From assembly GCF_004010195.1 (NCBI RefSeq), contig NC_057719.1, forward strand, positions 44,971,766-45,035,765: a stretch of DNA of 64,000 bases. The letters run 5' to 3'. Made by a program: the position numbers and the translations under genes. Below the pieces are notes generated by a model. That model was not told where the DNA came from and searched no databases. It saw only the letters and a list, made by a program, of their open reading frames with translations. This document shows positions 1 to 12,850 of this stretch, one piece after another (within the stretch, counting starts at the first letter, position 1; every line of letters begins with the position of its first letter). This DNA comes from Chiloscyllium plagiosum (lineage: Eukaryota).

Positions 1-127
1 TTGTTAAATTTTGGCTATTGTATATTTGAGCTAATTGTATATCAATGTTTATATCTGAGAGTTTTGTTTATTTTTGTAAACTTGTAAAAATGTTAAATTT
101 CTAATAAAAATATCTATTAAGAAAAAA
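1..127 (+). mobile_element. Probable 3' end of an L1/Tx1-type LINE (T-rich 3' UTR, polyA signal, A tail)
   Basis: T-rich tract ending in CTAATAAAAATATCTATTAAGAAAAAA; truncated by the window start. Confidence 0.4.
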
Positions 128-129
128 TG

Positions 130-1110
130 CGTACCCCTTAGTATTGGACATTTCAACTCTGGGGGGAGAAAAAAAAGATTCTGGCCAGAAACTCACTCTA
201 TGCATCTCATAATTTTATAGACTTCTATCAAGTCTCCCCTTTGCCTCCGCTATTCCAGAGACACTCATCTGAGTGTGCCTTGTATTCGCCATAAGATACA
301 AGAACAGAAGTAGGCTGTATGGCCCAAGAATGCTCTGTTGAATCATTCAATAAAATCAGGCTGATCCGGATAATCCTTAACCCCACTTTCCTGCTTTTTC
401 CCCATAATATGTCCCCTTTCCCCAAAGGGGAAAGAACATTTCCACATTTACCCTGTCAAGCTTCCTAAGAATTTTATGTATTTCAATAATATAGTTTCTC
501 ATTCTTCTAAATTCCAGTAAGTACAAGCCCAACTCACTCATGCTGTCCTCATAAGACAGTCCCTCCATCCTGGAAACAACCTAGTGACCTTTCTTTGGAC
601 TGCCTCCAATGTCAGTATATTTCTTTTAGACAAGGGGACCACAATTCTTCACAGTATTCTAAGTGTGGTATGACATGTGCCTTTTGTAGGGAGGTCTTGC
701 AAAAGCTAAACTATTTTCTCCATTGCCTTTGAAATAAAGGTCAACAATCTATTTGCTTTCCCTATTACTCACTGAACTTATATGTCATTTTTTTTTATTT
801 ATGTAAGAGGACCACCAAATCCCTCTGTGTTATGGCTGTCTTCATTTAAATAGTACTCAGCTGCTCTATTCTTCTTGCCAAATGCATAACCTCATTTTTT
901 CCTAAGTCATATTCCATCTGCCAAGTTGTGCCCAGTCACTGAACCTGTCTGTATCCCACTGCAGCAGCGTTCCCTCATTGTAGCTTAGAGGGAACTTTGC
1001 TCTCAGATTCTTTGTGTCATCCTCGCCACTTGCCTTCCCAACTATATCTGTGTCAGCCACAAATTTGACTATAATACATTCACTTCATATATATTGTAAA
1101 TAACTGTTGC
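130..1110 (-). mobile_element. Degenerate CR1 LINE 3' fragments (two pieces, ~130-260 and ~290-1110)
   Basis: Minus ORF 377-568 MEGLSYEDSMSELGLYLLEFRRMR..IEIHKILRKLDRV matches the CR1 ORF2 C-terminus; CR1-type 3' tail near 290-310. Confidence 0.8.
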
Positions 1111-1120
1111 ACTCCATTTA

Positions 1121-1724
1121 TGTGATGATACTATAGCTTTTAGAGGTATATTTTGTCCTTTTTTTATGAGAGAGGGGCGCTGAGCAGTCTGCTTCAAAGC
1201 CAATAAAGGAAACAGCTTTTGAGGCCTTGGGGTTTTTTTTAAAGTTGGAACAGTGGAAGCAGCCTGAAAGCTCCCACAGAACCAGGAGTTTTTTTAGTTT
1301 TATCCTTCAATAGCAGCTGCTGGGGTCTTGAATTTGGAAGTGGAAGCTCTTATTCCTCTCTGTTATAGCTAAAAGCTGGCGTTCTCTTCCTGCTGCTAGA
1401 ATTGCATGTGAGACGATCTATTTTACTTGTCTTTGCCAAGGATGTGTTAACAGGATGCTACTGTATTAATTAGTAATAGTTTATATATTATTTTGTTAAG
1501 CATTTTTGTTAGAGTAATGGTTAATCAAATTATTTTTTTATTTTATATTTTGTCTGTATTGTAATTATAGTATATGAGTAAGTGTGTTTTGTTTGGGCCT
1601 GATATTTTGACCAATAGAATTGCATTTGAAACACAGCCTTACACATACCTTTAAAATAAGAAAAAGTTTGAGTCTGGGCTATCTTCTTAATATATTTTGA
1701 GGGGGCTTTGTTTGGCTGATAATA
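1121..1724 (+). mobile_element. Solo LTR (Gypsy-type, TGTTATG...CATAACA family, degenerate ends)
   Basis: Collinear end to end with 36127-36744 (shared GGTATATTTTGTCCT, CTAGAATTGCATGTGAGACGATCTATTTTACT, GTCTGGG.TATCTTCTTAAT); ends TGTGATGA...GATAATA. Confidence 0.75.
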
Positions 1725-1859
1725 CTGCTTACATGTTATTGAAGTGGTTCAACTGGCCAGACTGTGACATCAAGTAGCGACAGAGTGCTAATTTTAATGC
1801 ACAATTGACAGACTTGATCCCCACTACTTTACTCATGGTGTTCCTTTCACCAAAGAACC

Positions 1860-3480
1860 TGTGTACAGCTTTAAGTTGGACCCACCACTAGTGTTATTTA
1901 AAGGGTCAAACAGCCAACTTGCAGATAAATTGATTTATTATAACTTCTGCTCTTGTGAAGTCTCTGGAATTACAGATGACAGTTTTTGGAAGTATTGTGA
2001 AGAATTGTTGGATTTGACAAGGAGTGTCTCTACATCCTTATTGGTAGAGTGGAGAATTTGGGATTTGCCCAAATACAGACTGCAACAAGTTTGGAGGAGG
2101 AGGGTGGGGGTGGGGGATGCGCAGGGTGCAGCTGCAGTGTCTCCTGGTCAGCAACATATTACGGGAATGGAGCAGAAGCTGCAGAGAGAGAAAGAGAGCT
2201 CTATGTGATACCTGCTCGACTCCATGTTATTTGATAGTGAAATGAAACAGCATGGCAGGCAAGTCAGTGCACCCTGCATTCCTGTGTGTTTGCTCTCATC
2301 AGCATTCTCCTGCACACACACCATCAAATCCTCCTCTGCATACCTTGTAGAAGATATCCCCTGTGACCTTGCCGTCTGGAGAGCTAACAAATGGCATTTC
2401 TTTTCTTTTTGAGTTTGTTGCAACCTGCTTGAGTCAAATGACTCACCATGTGTAGACCTAAATTGTATGCAAACCTCTAAAGTGGGCACAGTGCTTATAT
2501 CTAAGTTGATGGCTGCAAAATCAAATGATGGGTCTTGTTTGTAAATGCTACACTGTGGCCCCATCCCATATTCTGAGCAGATGGCAGTTCTTGGGCATCT
2601 GAAAGCAGTAAATTGAAAAGTGGAAGTTGTGAATGAGAATATGGAGAGCTGGGAGGGAAACAAGACCATGGTCATGTCGAATGCAGCTTGCTCATCACAC
2701 CAGATTGAGGATAAGACACACCCATGAGTTGGGAAGAAGCAAGACGCAGCTCCATCATCCTCCATATTCTCAGCAATGTTAGCAGTAAGAGATTCTGTCA
2801 GATGTTCCAGAGAAGTATCTCCACCATGGAGGTAATCAAAAGCAGACATTATTGACTCCCAGCAGTTCTATTCTGCTCCTTTGTATTGGGTTTAACCTTA
2901 TCCTGAAATTCAAAGGACAAATGTCAGTGCTTGTGTTGTCCTGTGTTTACATAATGTTCCCCTCACAGCCAACAATCTGAAGGTCTGTGGTAGAAGCAGG
3001 ATCTGAATGTGAGACTGTCATCAACAAACAAATATGATGGCGGCATGAACCAACAGGACATTGCCATGAGCTCTGAGTGCCAGAGCATTCTGCTGTTGGA
3101 GAGATGGACATGTGGGGCATTGAGAGATTTAAGAAGAGCAGGTTGGCCTTAGCATGTGTGATCAATGTGTGCTTTCTGGCTCCCTGCTGAGTGCTCAGGC
3201 AGCTTGCTTTAAGAGGGAAAAACTGCCTTTAGGAGTGGCAGTCCTAAACTGCACCCACTTTGCTTGGCCCTCTGCTGGATGCTCAAGCAGCTGAGTGGGC
3301 CACATGAGAAGTTGGCACCAAACCTACATGCTGCTTACCTCAGCAACAACAAGCAAGGCAGATCCTAAGGTGACCCCATCTCCAGAGACTGGACCGTATC
3401 CAATGTTTAGCCCCTGGTTCCTGGAGCACAGGCATCTGTCCAATACAGTGCTAGACCTGAACAAATGATTGAAAATTAAT
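1860..3480. mobile_element. Possible degenerate PIF/Harbinger-like DNA transposon remnant containing the 233-aa minus ORF 2148-2849
   Basis: More GC-rich, non-LINE block; the ORF resembles the low-complexity C-terminal part of Harbinger Myb-protein relics, by recall only; no TIR or TSD resolved. Confidence 0.25.
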
Positions 3481-3849
3481 ATCCTGGGCTGCTAGGTTTT
3501 GTTTTTTTCCTGAACCAAATTGGATTTTGGAACAAAATGAAAGCATTCCAAACGCTTGGTGGTATTAATCAATTTCATGCAGAGTAAAATGGAAAAGAAG
3601 ACAAGCTTGACATTGTTTCAATTAACAGCAGGTATTATTGAATGAATTCTGAACAATAACACTTTATTATTAACAGTTGCCTGTCTCGAATGCCTGGATC
3701 AGCATCCTTTTCAATTTACTCTTTGTACATGAAGTACATTTCCTGATAAGATGTATGAATCAGAAGATTAATCAGCATTCAGTCTATAGAACCTTATAAC
3801 AATGCTTCAATTCTTTGTTTTACACTGCAGTAGTGGTTGGTTAAAAGGG

Positions 3850-4570
3850 ATCTTGCTTCTAATATAGAGGGGGAAATTTTACAGGAGGTGTGGGAACACG
3901 GGATGTTGGAGGGTTTTGTGTAGAAATCATTGAAGGTAGTTGAAGCGATTGAGAGGGTTGTTAAAAAGGCATATGTGATCCTGGGTTTTAAGGGTACAAC
4001 AGCAGGGATGTTATAATGAACCTTTATTAATCAATGGTTCAGTCTCAATTGGAGCATTGAATTCATTTCTGAACATGATGATTCATAAAGATATCAGAAG
4101 TTTGGAGGGCGTGGAAAGACTTACAGAAATTGTTCCAGATATTGAGGGTTTTCAATGATAAGGTTAGGTAGGACAAGCTGACTATGCTTTCCTCAGAGAA
4201 GGGACATTCAAGAAAATCAAATCTACAAAGTAGATTGAGGAAAACTGTTCCCTTTGGTGAAAATGATAGGAACCAAAGAGACAAATTTAAGGGGATTAGC
4301 AAGAGAACCAAAGGTTACTTGAGGAAGAATGTTTTTACAGAGCAGAAAGTTAGGATCTGGAAAGCATTGCCTAACTCGGTGATGGAAGCAGATTCAATTG
4401 GTGCTTTCCAAAGCGAATTGAATAAACACTTACTATTAAAATACTTGCAGGGTTATTGAATTATAGTGAGGAGTGAGACTCATAGAAATACTTAAGAACA
4501 GCCAATGACAACTCAACAGGCCAAATAACCTCCTTCTATACTGGAACCATTCTATGACCCATTGATTCTA
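3850..4570 (+). mobile_element. Degenerate CR1 3' fragment
   Basis: ORF 4184-4459 RKNVFTEQKVRIWKALPNSVMEADSIGAFQSELNKHL is the CR1 ORF2 end; tail ACCATTCTATG. Confidence 0.8.
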
Positions 4571-4979
4571 GATATAAATTTCTCCTCACTGTTTTACTTA
4601 TTCTCCTGCTGACAATACTGAAATTTGACCTCTTTGTAACTGATTCCTCAGAAAGGGGAAACACAAAGCTGAATCTTACATCTTTTTGGCTCACTCTGAC
4701 TGTTTTTATTCAAAAAGGGTTTTTCACCATGAGGCTTTGAGTTCTCTTGTCATCTGTTACCAAAAACTCATTAATTAGCTACCACACCCCATGATGTCTC
4801 CCACATCTGATTTCCATTCCAACTTTCCTTGTGCCATTCCCAACTTGTCACTCTCCAGGTATCTGCTGAACAACCAGTATACACAACATCTGCATCATTT
4901 TTAAAAACCTGTTGTGCATCTGATCAAGTACTGTCGGTCTACAGCTGCCCTGCACAATTCCTGACATTTGCACTGGATG

Positions 4980-5170
4980 TGATATCAAAGGGGAATTAAC
5001 ACTTCACATTGAGGGTCCTGCTGATTAGCATGATGCATAAGACCAGCAGTGGAGGCCATACTAGACCATGCCAGCCTGGTTTGTGGTTGCCACTTGGGTT
5101 AAAGCAACCTCTATTGTTGGAGGAATGTTCAGCACTGTAGGATGAAGGTAATGTTTATCTCTACTCCAGA
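4980..5170 (+). pseudogene. Decayed Myb/SANT (trihelix) domain of a Harbinger-like element
   Basis: Translates across a frameshift as TMPAWFVVATWVKATSIV/RNVQHCRMKV, matching the W..VA..VNA.S...R...QCRKK trihelix pattern. Confidence 0.45.
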
Positions 5171-6127
5171 ATAAATGACTTCACCTTCTCTCTGCTCCCT
5201 CACACTCACTCTATCTCTGTTACAATTCCCACTTTCCCCTAATGCTCATGATCGACCACTTGGATGGCAATATCTTTCCCATTTACTCTCACCCACCTCT
5301 ACACTGATATCACTTATCTTGCATTAGCGTATTAGCCGTGCTACCCACTTTTAACTCCCTTAATATTTGCCTGACCCTCATTCCATGAGTAAAACACCTC
5401 ACAAAAGTGCAGAAAGAGTCAAGCTGGGTTGTGTGCTGCCCATCATTTGGATCCTCACCCCTTAAGGGGAGACAATCCTAACTCTGAATGCTCAGTTCAG
5501 TGTTTGAGCTGGTACAGGAGGCTGCCCTTGACTTACTGCACCAGGAAACCCTGAACAAAGGCTCTACCTCTCATTTGAACTGAGGCCTCTGATAATTATG
5601 ATGAGCTTCCTGGCTTTGTGACTGCACTAAACAGCACAGTAAGACAGCAGTAATATGAGCCTGTTGAGGGAACAAAGCTAAAAAAAAGCCAAGTACTGTA
5701 TGGCAGGCATGCTGAAAGCATCCAGTTTGGCTCAGAGTGAGTGAGCACTATGAAAGAAAGAGAAGAGCCTGGAGATGCAGCCTGGTCCGGTCAATGAGTT
5801 GCATGTGTACCTAGGTATATGGTGCCCTGGCTCGAGCATTACAGTGATAGCTGCTAGTGCAGCCCAAGGTGCAACTTTGAAGTGCAAAGCATTTGGAGTG
5901 CAGAGTTGTCAAAGGCTGGCACATATCAGACATTAACGCCAATGAATATAGCCAATGCCCATGTTGTATGCTGACATCTTAGTGCCTGATACCCAACATG
6001 GATGTTGTACAGAACATGCAGTGACGTGCTCGCTCTGGTTTGCTTAACAAATTTTTCCAACATTGTTCTTATTTAGCGAATTTGGTAAGATTGGTGTCTA
6101 AATATTAATGAGGTGAGTTGAGCCATT

Positions 6128-6854
6128 GTTGTAGGGAAAATCACCAGTCTCGGAGTCAGAGTTGGGGTTCAACAACAGAGTTTATTGCACAAGGAAATAC
6201 CGGAGCTCTGGGGGGAGAAAGAGACACCAACAGCAAGTGGTCAGCTGTGAGTCTTCTCTCAACCCGGAGCACATGTCAAGATGCTTTTATCCATTTTGTG
6301 ATATAATTGGTCAGTGATGAGGTTATTGTCTTTGTAACATGGTTTGTTTATAGTAAACATTGCAGAATTGTTAATAGTTTTGGTGCAGTCATGGTCAGTT
6401 CCAGCACAGCCTTTGTTAATTTCAGCGTGGTTGTTGTTAGTGTCAGCACAGACATTGTCAGTTTCCGTGTCTGCGTGGAAGTCCATTGCTGTGGTAATGG
6501 GCGCTAATTGCTCTTCCTGAGAAGGACGATTACTGCAGCCCTGGCTATTAGCACTCTGTATTGAGTCCGTATCAAGCTGTTAGCATTTCTATAAAAGGTG
6601 TTGGCTGGACTCAGACACTTCAGAGGACAGTATATGCTACTCATGTGTATTCTCTCTCCCACCTGCCTTAAACTAACCAACTAGGTTGTGAGTGCATTGT
6701 GCTGGCATTCAGGTGGCCCCAGGCAGTGTCTATGTTTGCTTTGCTGTCTCTCTCCATATTGTGGTCCGGTGTCATCTTGTGTGTCCGTGTGTCTCGTGTC
6801 ACCTGCCCTATGCCATCTCCCACTTCAGCCATTAACGAGGTATAATCTCCCTTA
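6128..6854 (-). mobile_element. Putative solo LTR of a different family
   Basis: Begins TGTTGTAGGGAAAA and ends ATCTCCCTTA (imperfect terminal inverted repeat); minus-strand AATAAA at ~6181; internal short GTCAG repeats. Confidence 0.4.
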
Positions 6855-7109
6855 ATTAGCAACTTGCTGCTGCCAAGTGAGAATCTTGCCACACTGCTTC
6901 TAAAAATATAAAATAGGTAACAAGATGACCTAGACATTGAGATAGGCCTCGTTGTTCTTGTTGCCCTTTTCTTCCAGGCATCTCACCACGCTCATACTGT
7001 TCAGGCACCTATAAGATTCCGTCCAAAGTCCTTCCATATTTGATTATTCAAAGCTCTTCACAATCTGAAAATGTTTTATTGAATTTCCTTCTAGTAACTT
7101 CTGTGGAAA

Positions 7110-8980
7110 GAGATCTCTCATCCAGGGATGTACTGGTCATGATCTTTCAGTCTTCTCTGGACTTGGGGAGATTCCAAAGACTGGAGAATTGCAAACATTA
7201 TTCAACAAGCATAATTCCATCAATTACAGACCAGTCAGTTTAACTTCAGTGGTGGGGAAACTTTTGAACCAATAATTTGGGAAACAATTAGTAGTCACAT
7301 TGTAAAAAGGTTGATTAGGAAGAGTCAACATGAATTTCTAAAAAGAAATCATATTTAACTAATTTGCTGGAGTTTTTGAGGGACAACAGAAAGTGTCAAT
7401 GAGAGTAACACTGTTGATGTGGTATACATAGATATTCTAGAATGTGTTTGATACAGTATCACACAACAAATTTGTGAGGAAAGTCACAGGTCATGATCTA
7501 AAAGAAACAATGTGGATATAAATTTGGCTGAGTGTTGGAAACAAAGTAATGGTCATTAGATATTTTTTGGGCTGAAGAAAGGTTTATATTGGATCCAAAG
7601 GTTGATATTGAGACCCTTGCTTTTCTGATACTTATAAATGATCTGGACCTTGGTGTGAAGGTGAAAATTTCAAAGTTTGCAGATGAAACAAAACTTGGAA
7701 GATTTGTAATCTGGGTGAAGGATGGTGTGGAATTTCAAATGGACATTGACAGTTGGTGGAGTTGGCAGGTATGGTTCAATGCAAAGACATATGAGGTGAT
7801 TCGGTTTGGTCAGTAGAACATTGAAACACAATACAAAATAAGGAGTGTAATTCCAAAGGAGATGCGAGAGCTTCATTTTAAACCAGGAGAGTTTCTAAAC
7901 TTAGTCAAAAATCTGAAGGGCTACATTGCTGAAACTCAAATGACAATAATAATGAAAAATACAACAGAAAAATTGTAACCACATTTTAAACGTGTTTACC
8001 AAAACAAGTTATGAATTAAATGATATTTTCTTCAAAGTACAATGTTAAACCATTTCATTAACAGCAAAATGTGTTTGATTAATCAAGGTCAGGAATCATA
8101 TTTAATAGAGATGTGCCAGATGTACACCACTGTTTTAAACTAACAACTGTGTTTGGTTTGTGTTGTCTTTGTTCCCTATGTCTATAATAAACAAATATGG
8201 CCAGTTGAGGGAGGGGAAGGAGAGCAGTCTTGATGTCCTCAATCATTTTGGGATCAACGAACAGAGTTTTGGGGAAGCACCTTTATTTTGATTCCAGGAA
8301 CTCATTTCATAATGAATTTGAATGTTTATTTGCACAAATCAATGAAGGTGGCAGGATATGTGGAGAGAGCAGTGAAAAAACAATAGCATGTTCTCGGCTT
8401 TATTACGAAGGGCATAGAATATGAGAACAGAAATATGATGTTGAATTTGTACAAGATACTTGTTAGACCTCAGTTGGAGTATTGTGTACATTTGAGAGTG
8501 CAACATTATAGGAAGGCTATGAATCCATTGGAGTGCAGAAGTGATTCACATGAATAGTTCCAGGAACGCGAAACTTCAGTTATATGGATAGATTGAAGAA
8601 GTCTCCTTGCGAAAAGGCTGAGAGGACATTTGCTAGAACTTCTCAAAATCATGCATGGATGGACAAAATAGATATGGAGAGAAATTGTTTCCACTCATCA
8701 AAGACAAAGGAATGAGTGGGTATCGCTTAAAGTGATGTGCACACAAAACTGGGGTGATGTGAGAAATTACTTTTTCACACAGCGATTAGTGAGGGTCTGA
8801 ATGCACTGCCTGGAAGTATGTGGTGGAAGCATGTTGAATTAAGGTATTCAAGAGGGCAATGGATGATTATTTGGATAGAAATAATGTGCAGGGATGTAGG
8901 GGGAAAGCAGGAGATTGGCACTAGGTAATAGAACCAATGCATGCGGAATGAACTGAATGGCCTTCATCTGTGCCAATCTG
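7110..8980 (+). mobile_element. Degenerate CR1 RT/3' region interrupted at ~7872-8310 by a non-CR1 insert
   Basis: NYRPVSLTS, INDLD and SKFADETKLG motifs on the left; the right part resumes at the next CR1 position (..GAGC | ..GTTTATTTGCACAAATCAATGAAGGTGGCAG) and runs to the 3' tail. Confidence 0.85.
7872..8310 (-). repeat. Inverted copy of 12405-12850
   Basis: Reverse-complement match along its whole length, e.g. TTAACAGCAAAATGTGTTTGATTAATCAAGGTCAG, TATAATAAACAAATATGGCCAGTTGAGGGA, TCCTCAATCATTTTGGGATCAAC, GGAAGCACCTTTATTTTGAT. Confidence 0.93.
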
Positions 8981-9575
8981 AATTAAGTCACTCTTCAGAA
9001 ACATATTTCCCATCTGGCATCATTCTGGCAACAATGTAACAATGATCTGCCTTCTGATAGATCCTCTCCTCACTTCTTTATCCATTACTTGAAAGTTGCT
9101 AGTAAGAGCCTCCCATTATCAATTTCAATGAGCATTATCACTAGAGAAAAGAATACAAGAGGGTAGGTTTCTTTTTGCCTTTCCCACGAGTGCCTAAAGG
9201 AAACATAAGTCCACTTTCCGAAGGATCCTCTACGGAGTTATGCAGCATGTTCTTCATATCCTTTCTACGATGAGGAGCTCTGACTTTGAATCAGCGCCTT
9301 GTACAAATTCATCACTTGTTTAGTCTTGTGTTCTCTGATTATTAATAGTTTTTAACTGCTGTATTCGCAATTTCAGAGAATTGCGATTTTGAATATCTAA
9401 CTCAGCACCTTTTTGTGAGTACATTCATCCATTTCTTTTTTATCCCTCTCAAAACATATTTCTTCATGCATTTCTAAATTAAATTCCACCCATCATCTCT
9501 CAGTGCGTTCCACAAACTTGTCTTTAACCTTTTGGTAGCATTTTGTGCCGTCAGCAAATTTTAAGACAGTGTTCT

Positions 9576-11470
9576 AGGAAGGATTTAAAGAGAGAGTTAA
9601 GAAGAGCAAAGAGAGGACACTAGCAATCTTTAACAAATAGAATAAAGGAGAACCCTAAAGTTTTCTACAGGTATGTGAGGAATAAAAGGATGACTAGGGT
9701 AGGAATAGGGCCAGTCAAAGACAGAAGTGGGAAGTTGAGTGTGGACCCTGTGGAGATCGGAGAGGTGCTAAACAAACATTTCTCATCGGTTTTCACTGAG
9801 GAAAAGGAGAATATTGTAGAGGAGAAGAATGAGGTATGAGATATTAGACTAGAAAGGATCGAGGTTAGTTTTGAACAGGAGTTATCAATTCTAGGAGGAG
9901 TGAAAGTAGACAAGTCCCCTGGGCTGGATGGGATTTGTCAGGGGATTCTCTGGGAAGCTAGGGAGGAGATAGCAGAGCCTTTGGCTTTGATATTTGAGTC
10001 ATCATTGTCTACAGGTTTAGTATCAGAGGACTGGAGGATTGCAAATGTTGTGCCCTTGTTCAAGAAGGACAGTAGAGATGACTCAGGTAATTATAGACCA
10101 GTGAGCCTTACTTCTGTTGTAGAAAAGGTTTTGGAAAAGATTATAAGAGATAAGATTTATAATCATCTAGCAAGCAACAATTTGATTTCAGATAGTCAAC
10201 ATGGTTTCGTCAAGGGCAGGTCGTGTCTCACAAACCTCATTGAGTTTTTTGATAAGGTGACCAAGCATGTAGATGAGGGTAGGGCAGTTGATGTGGTATA
10301 CATAGACTTCAGTAAAGCCTTTGATAAGGTTCCACATGGTAGGCTGTTGGAGAAAATGTAGAGGCATGGAATTGAGGGCGAGTTAGTAGTTTGGTTTAAA
10401 AATTAGCTTTCTGAAAGAAGGCAGCGAGTGGTGGTTGATGGAAAATATTCAGCCTGGAGTCCAGTTACTAGTGGTGTGCCACAAGGATCTGTTTTGGGAC
10501 CACTGCTTTGTCATTTTTATAAATGACTTTGATGCAGGCACAGGTGGATGGATTAGTAAATTTGCAGACAACACTAAAGTCGGTGGAGTAGTGGACAGTT
10601 TGGAAGACTGTTACAGGTTGCAGGGGCACTTAGATAAACTGCAGAATTGGGCTGAGAGGTGGCAAATGGAGTTCAATGCAGCTAACTGTGAGGTGCTGCA
10701 CTTTGGGAAGAATAACAGGAAGAGTACTGGGTCGATGGAAAGATTCTTGGTAGTGTGGATGTGCAGAGGGATCTTGGAATCCATGTACATGGATCCCTGA
10801 AAGCTGCCACCCAGGTGGATAGTGATGTTAAGAAGGCATAGGGTGTGTTAGGTGTCATTCGTAGAGGGATTGAGTTTCGGAGCCGCAATATCATGCTGCA
10901 ACTATACAAAATGCTTGTGCGGCCACACTTGGAATATTGTGTATAGTTCTGGTCCCCATATTTCGGGAAGGATGTGGAAGCATTGGAAAAGGTGCAGAGG
11001 AGATTTACCAGGATTTTGCCTGGTCTGGAGGGAAGGTCTTATGAGGAAAGGCTGAAAGACTTGGGTCTGTTCTCATTGGCAAGAAGGAGACTAAGGGGGG
11101 ATTTGATAGAGACGCACAAGATGACCAGAGGATTAGATAGGGTAGACAGTGAAAGTCTTTTTCCTAGGATGATGACGGCAACTTGTACGAGGGGGCACAA
11201 CTACAAATTGAGGGTTGATAGATGTAAGACAGATGTCAGAGGCAGGTTCTTTACGCAGAGAGTGGTAAGGGAATGGAATGCCCTACCTGCTAATGTAGTC
11301 AACTCAGCCACATTAGGGAGATTTAAACAATCCTTAGATAAGCATATGGATGATTTTGGGATAGTGTAGGGAGATGAGCTGAGAATAGTTCACAGGTCAG
11401 CGCAACATCGAGGGCCAAAGGGCCTGTTCTGTGCTGTATTGTACTATGTTCTATGTTCTATGTTTTCTAT
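9576..11470 (+). mobile_element. 5'-truncated, relatively young CR1 (RT domain to 3' tail) nested in an older minus-strand CR1 scrap
   Basis: ORFs 9900-10361 (KSPGLDGI..DWRIANVVPLFKK..NYRPVSLTS..YIDFSKAFDKVPH), 10435-10800 (SKFADNTK) and 10974-11369; tail (TATGTTC)n. Confidence 0.95.
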
Positions 11471-12404
11471 GCCTAAATCTAAATCATTTATGAATACCGA
11501 AGACTCAGCATTGGCCTCTGGTGCATTCTGCCAGTTCAAGCAACACCCAGTAAGCTTTACTCTCTTTTTTCTGTCTGCCAGCCAAGCTTTCCACCAATAC
11601 TTTCTGAAGTTTTTAGACAAGTCTTCTAACATCATCTGAAAATACATAAACTGCATTGCCTTGAGCTATCCAATTTTCAGAAATACACTTGCTAAAGATG
11701 TCAAGCATAACTTGCCAAACAAACCTGAAACACAGGACTATATTCTCTGGGTGAAGGAGTTGCCATATGCCTGATGAAAGAGACAGGAGTAAGCTTGCCC
11801 TCTGCATTGGCTTGCCCTGCAGGCATTTGATGCTCGCAGGGGGTTCGTCATTTCAACGTGAGACTTGCTTCACCTCTAACAGCAGGAGGCTAATTGAGTG
11901 GCTTGATTGAAAGGTAAGCATGGAGGTATAAGACTAGGCTCCAGGCCCCTTTGGGAGGATCGAGAGAGCTGGGGTTGACAGCTGGTGCAGGGTGTGACTG
12001 GGGGGTAGAGGTGTTTCTTAGGATGTGACAGGTCACCTAGAATGAGTTGGGAGACCTGGGAGAAGGGGGAGTGATAGGAACCAAGCAACAAATAACCAGG
12101 TTGCCTTGCTGGAAATTGGCCTTTTCTGCTGGTAGCTAACTCTCAGCAGTGGCAGGATGAGCCTCAGTCAGGGTGGCACAGTGAGGGGAGTGAGGTGTTG
12201 TGCGGGGATGGGAAGGTGGGCTGCATGATGTCTATTCCCCCATCTTCAGGTTGCTTTGATAAAATTCCAGAGAGGGCAGGGGCAGACATGTATGAAGTAG
12301 GTATAGTATCCATGACATTTGATAGGTCTCTTTCACTGCTGGGAGAGCCATAAAGTCCAGGATTACCCTTGTACAAACTTTAGGTTAAAACTGAGACTGA
12401 GTAT

Positions 12405-12850
12405 AATAAAACATGTTCCTGGGATCAAAATAAAGGTGCTTCCTCACAACTCCATTGGTTGATCCCAAAATGATTGAGGAGACCATGACTGTTCTTCTCC
12501 CCTTTCCCTCAACTGGCCATATTTGTTTATTATATACGTAGGGAACAAGGACAACACAAACCAAGCACCGTTGTTAGTTTAAGACAGGGGTATACATTGG
12601 CATATCTCCAAAAAGAATTTGTGCAGTTTCTGACCTTGATTAATCAAACACATTTTGCTGTTAATTATATGATTTAAAATTGTACTTGGAAGAAAGTGTC
12701 ATTCAATCCGTAACTTGTTTTGGTAAACACATTTAAAATGTGGTTATGATTGTTCTGTGTTATTTTTCATTATTATTGGCATTTGAGTTTCAGCATTGTA
12801 GTCCTTCAGATTTTTGACTAAGTGTAGAAACTCTCTTGGTTTATAATGAG
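12405..12850 (+). repeat. Partner (likely source) of the inverted duplicate at 7872-8310
   Basis: Direct reverse-complement comparison with 7872-8310. Confidence 0.93.

Noticed and set aside
9900..11369. Long RT-like ORFs as a functional gene
   Set aside because: 5'-truncated CR1 with stops and frameshifts; the same applies to the ORFs at 15937, 28203, 54752 and 56772.
7872..12850. The inverted pair as TIRs of one 5-kb DNA transposon, or as inversion breakpoints
   Set aside because: The host CR1 continues collinearly inside the interval right after the left copy; there is no transposase and no outer TSD.
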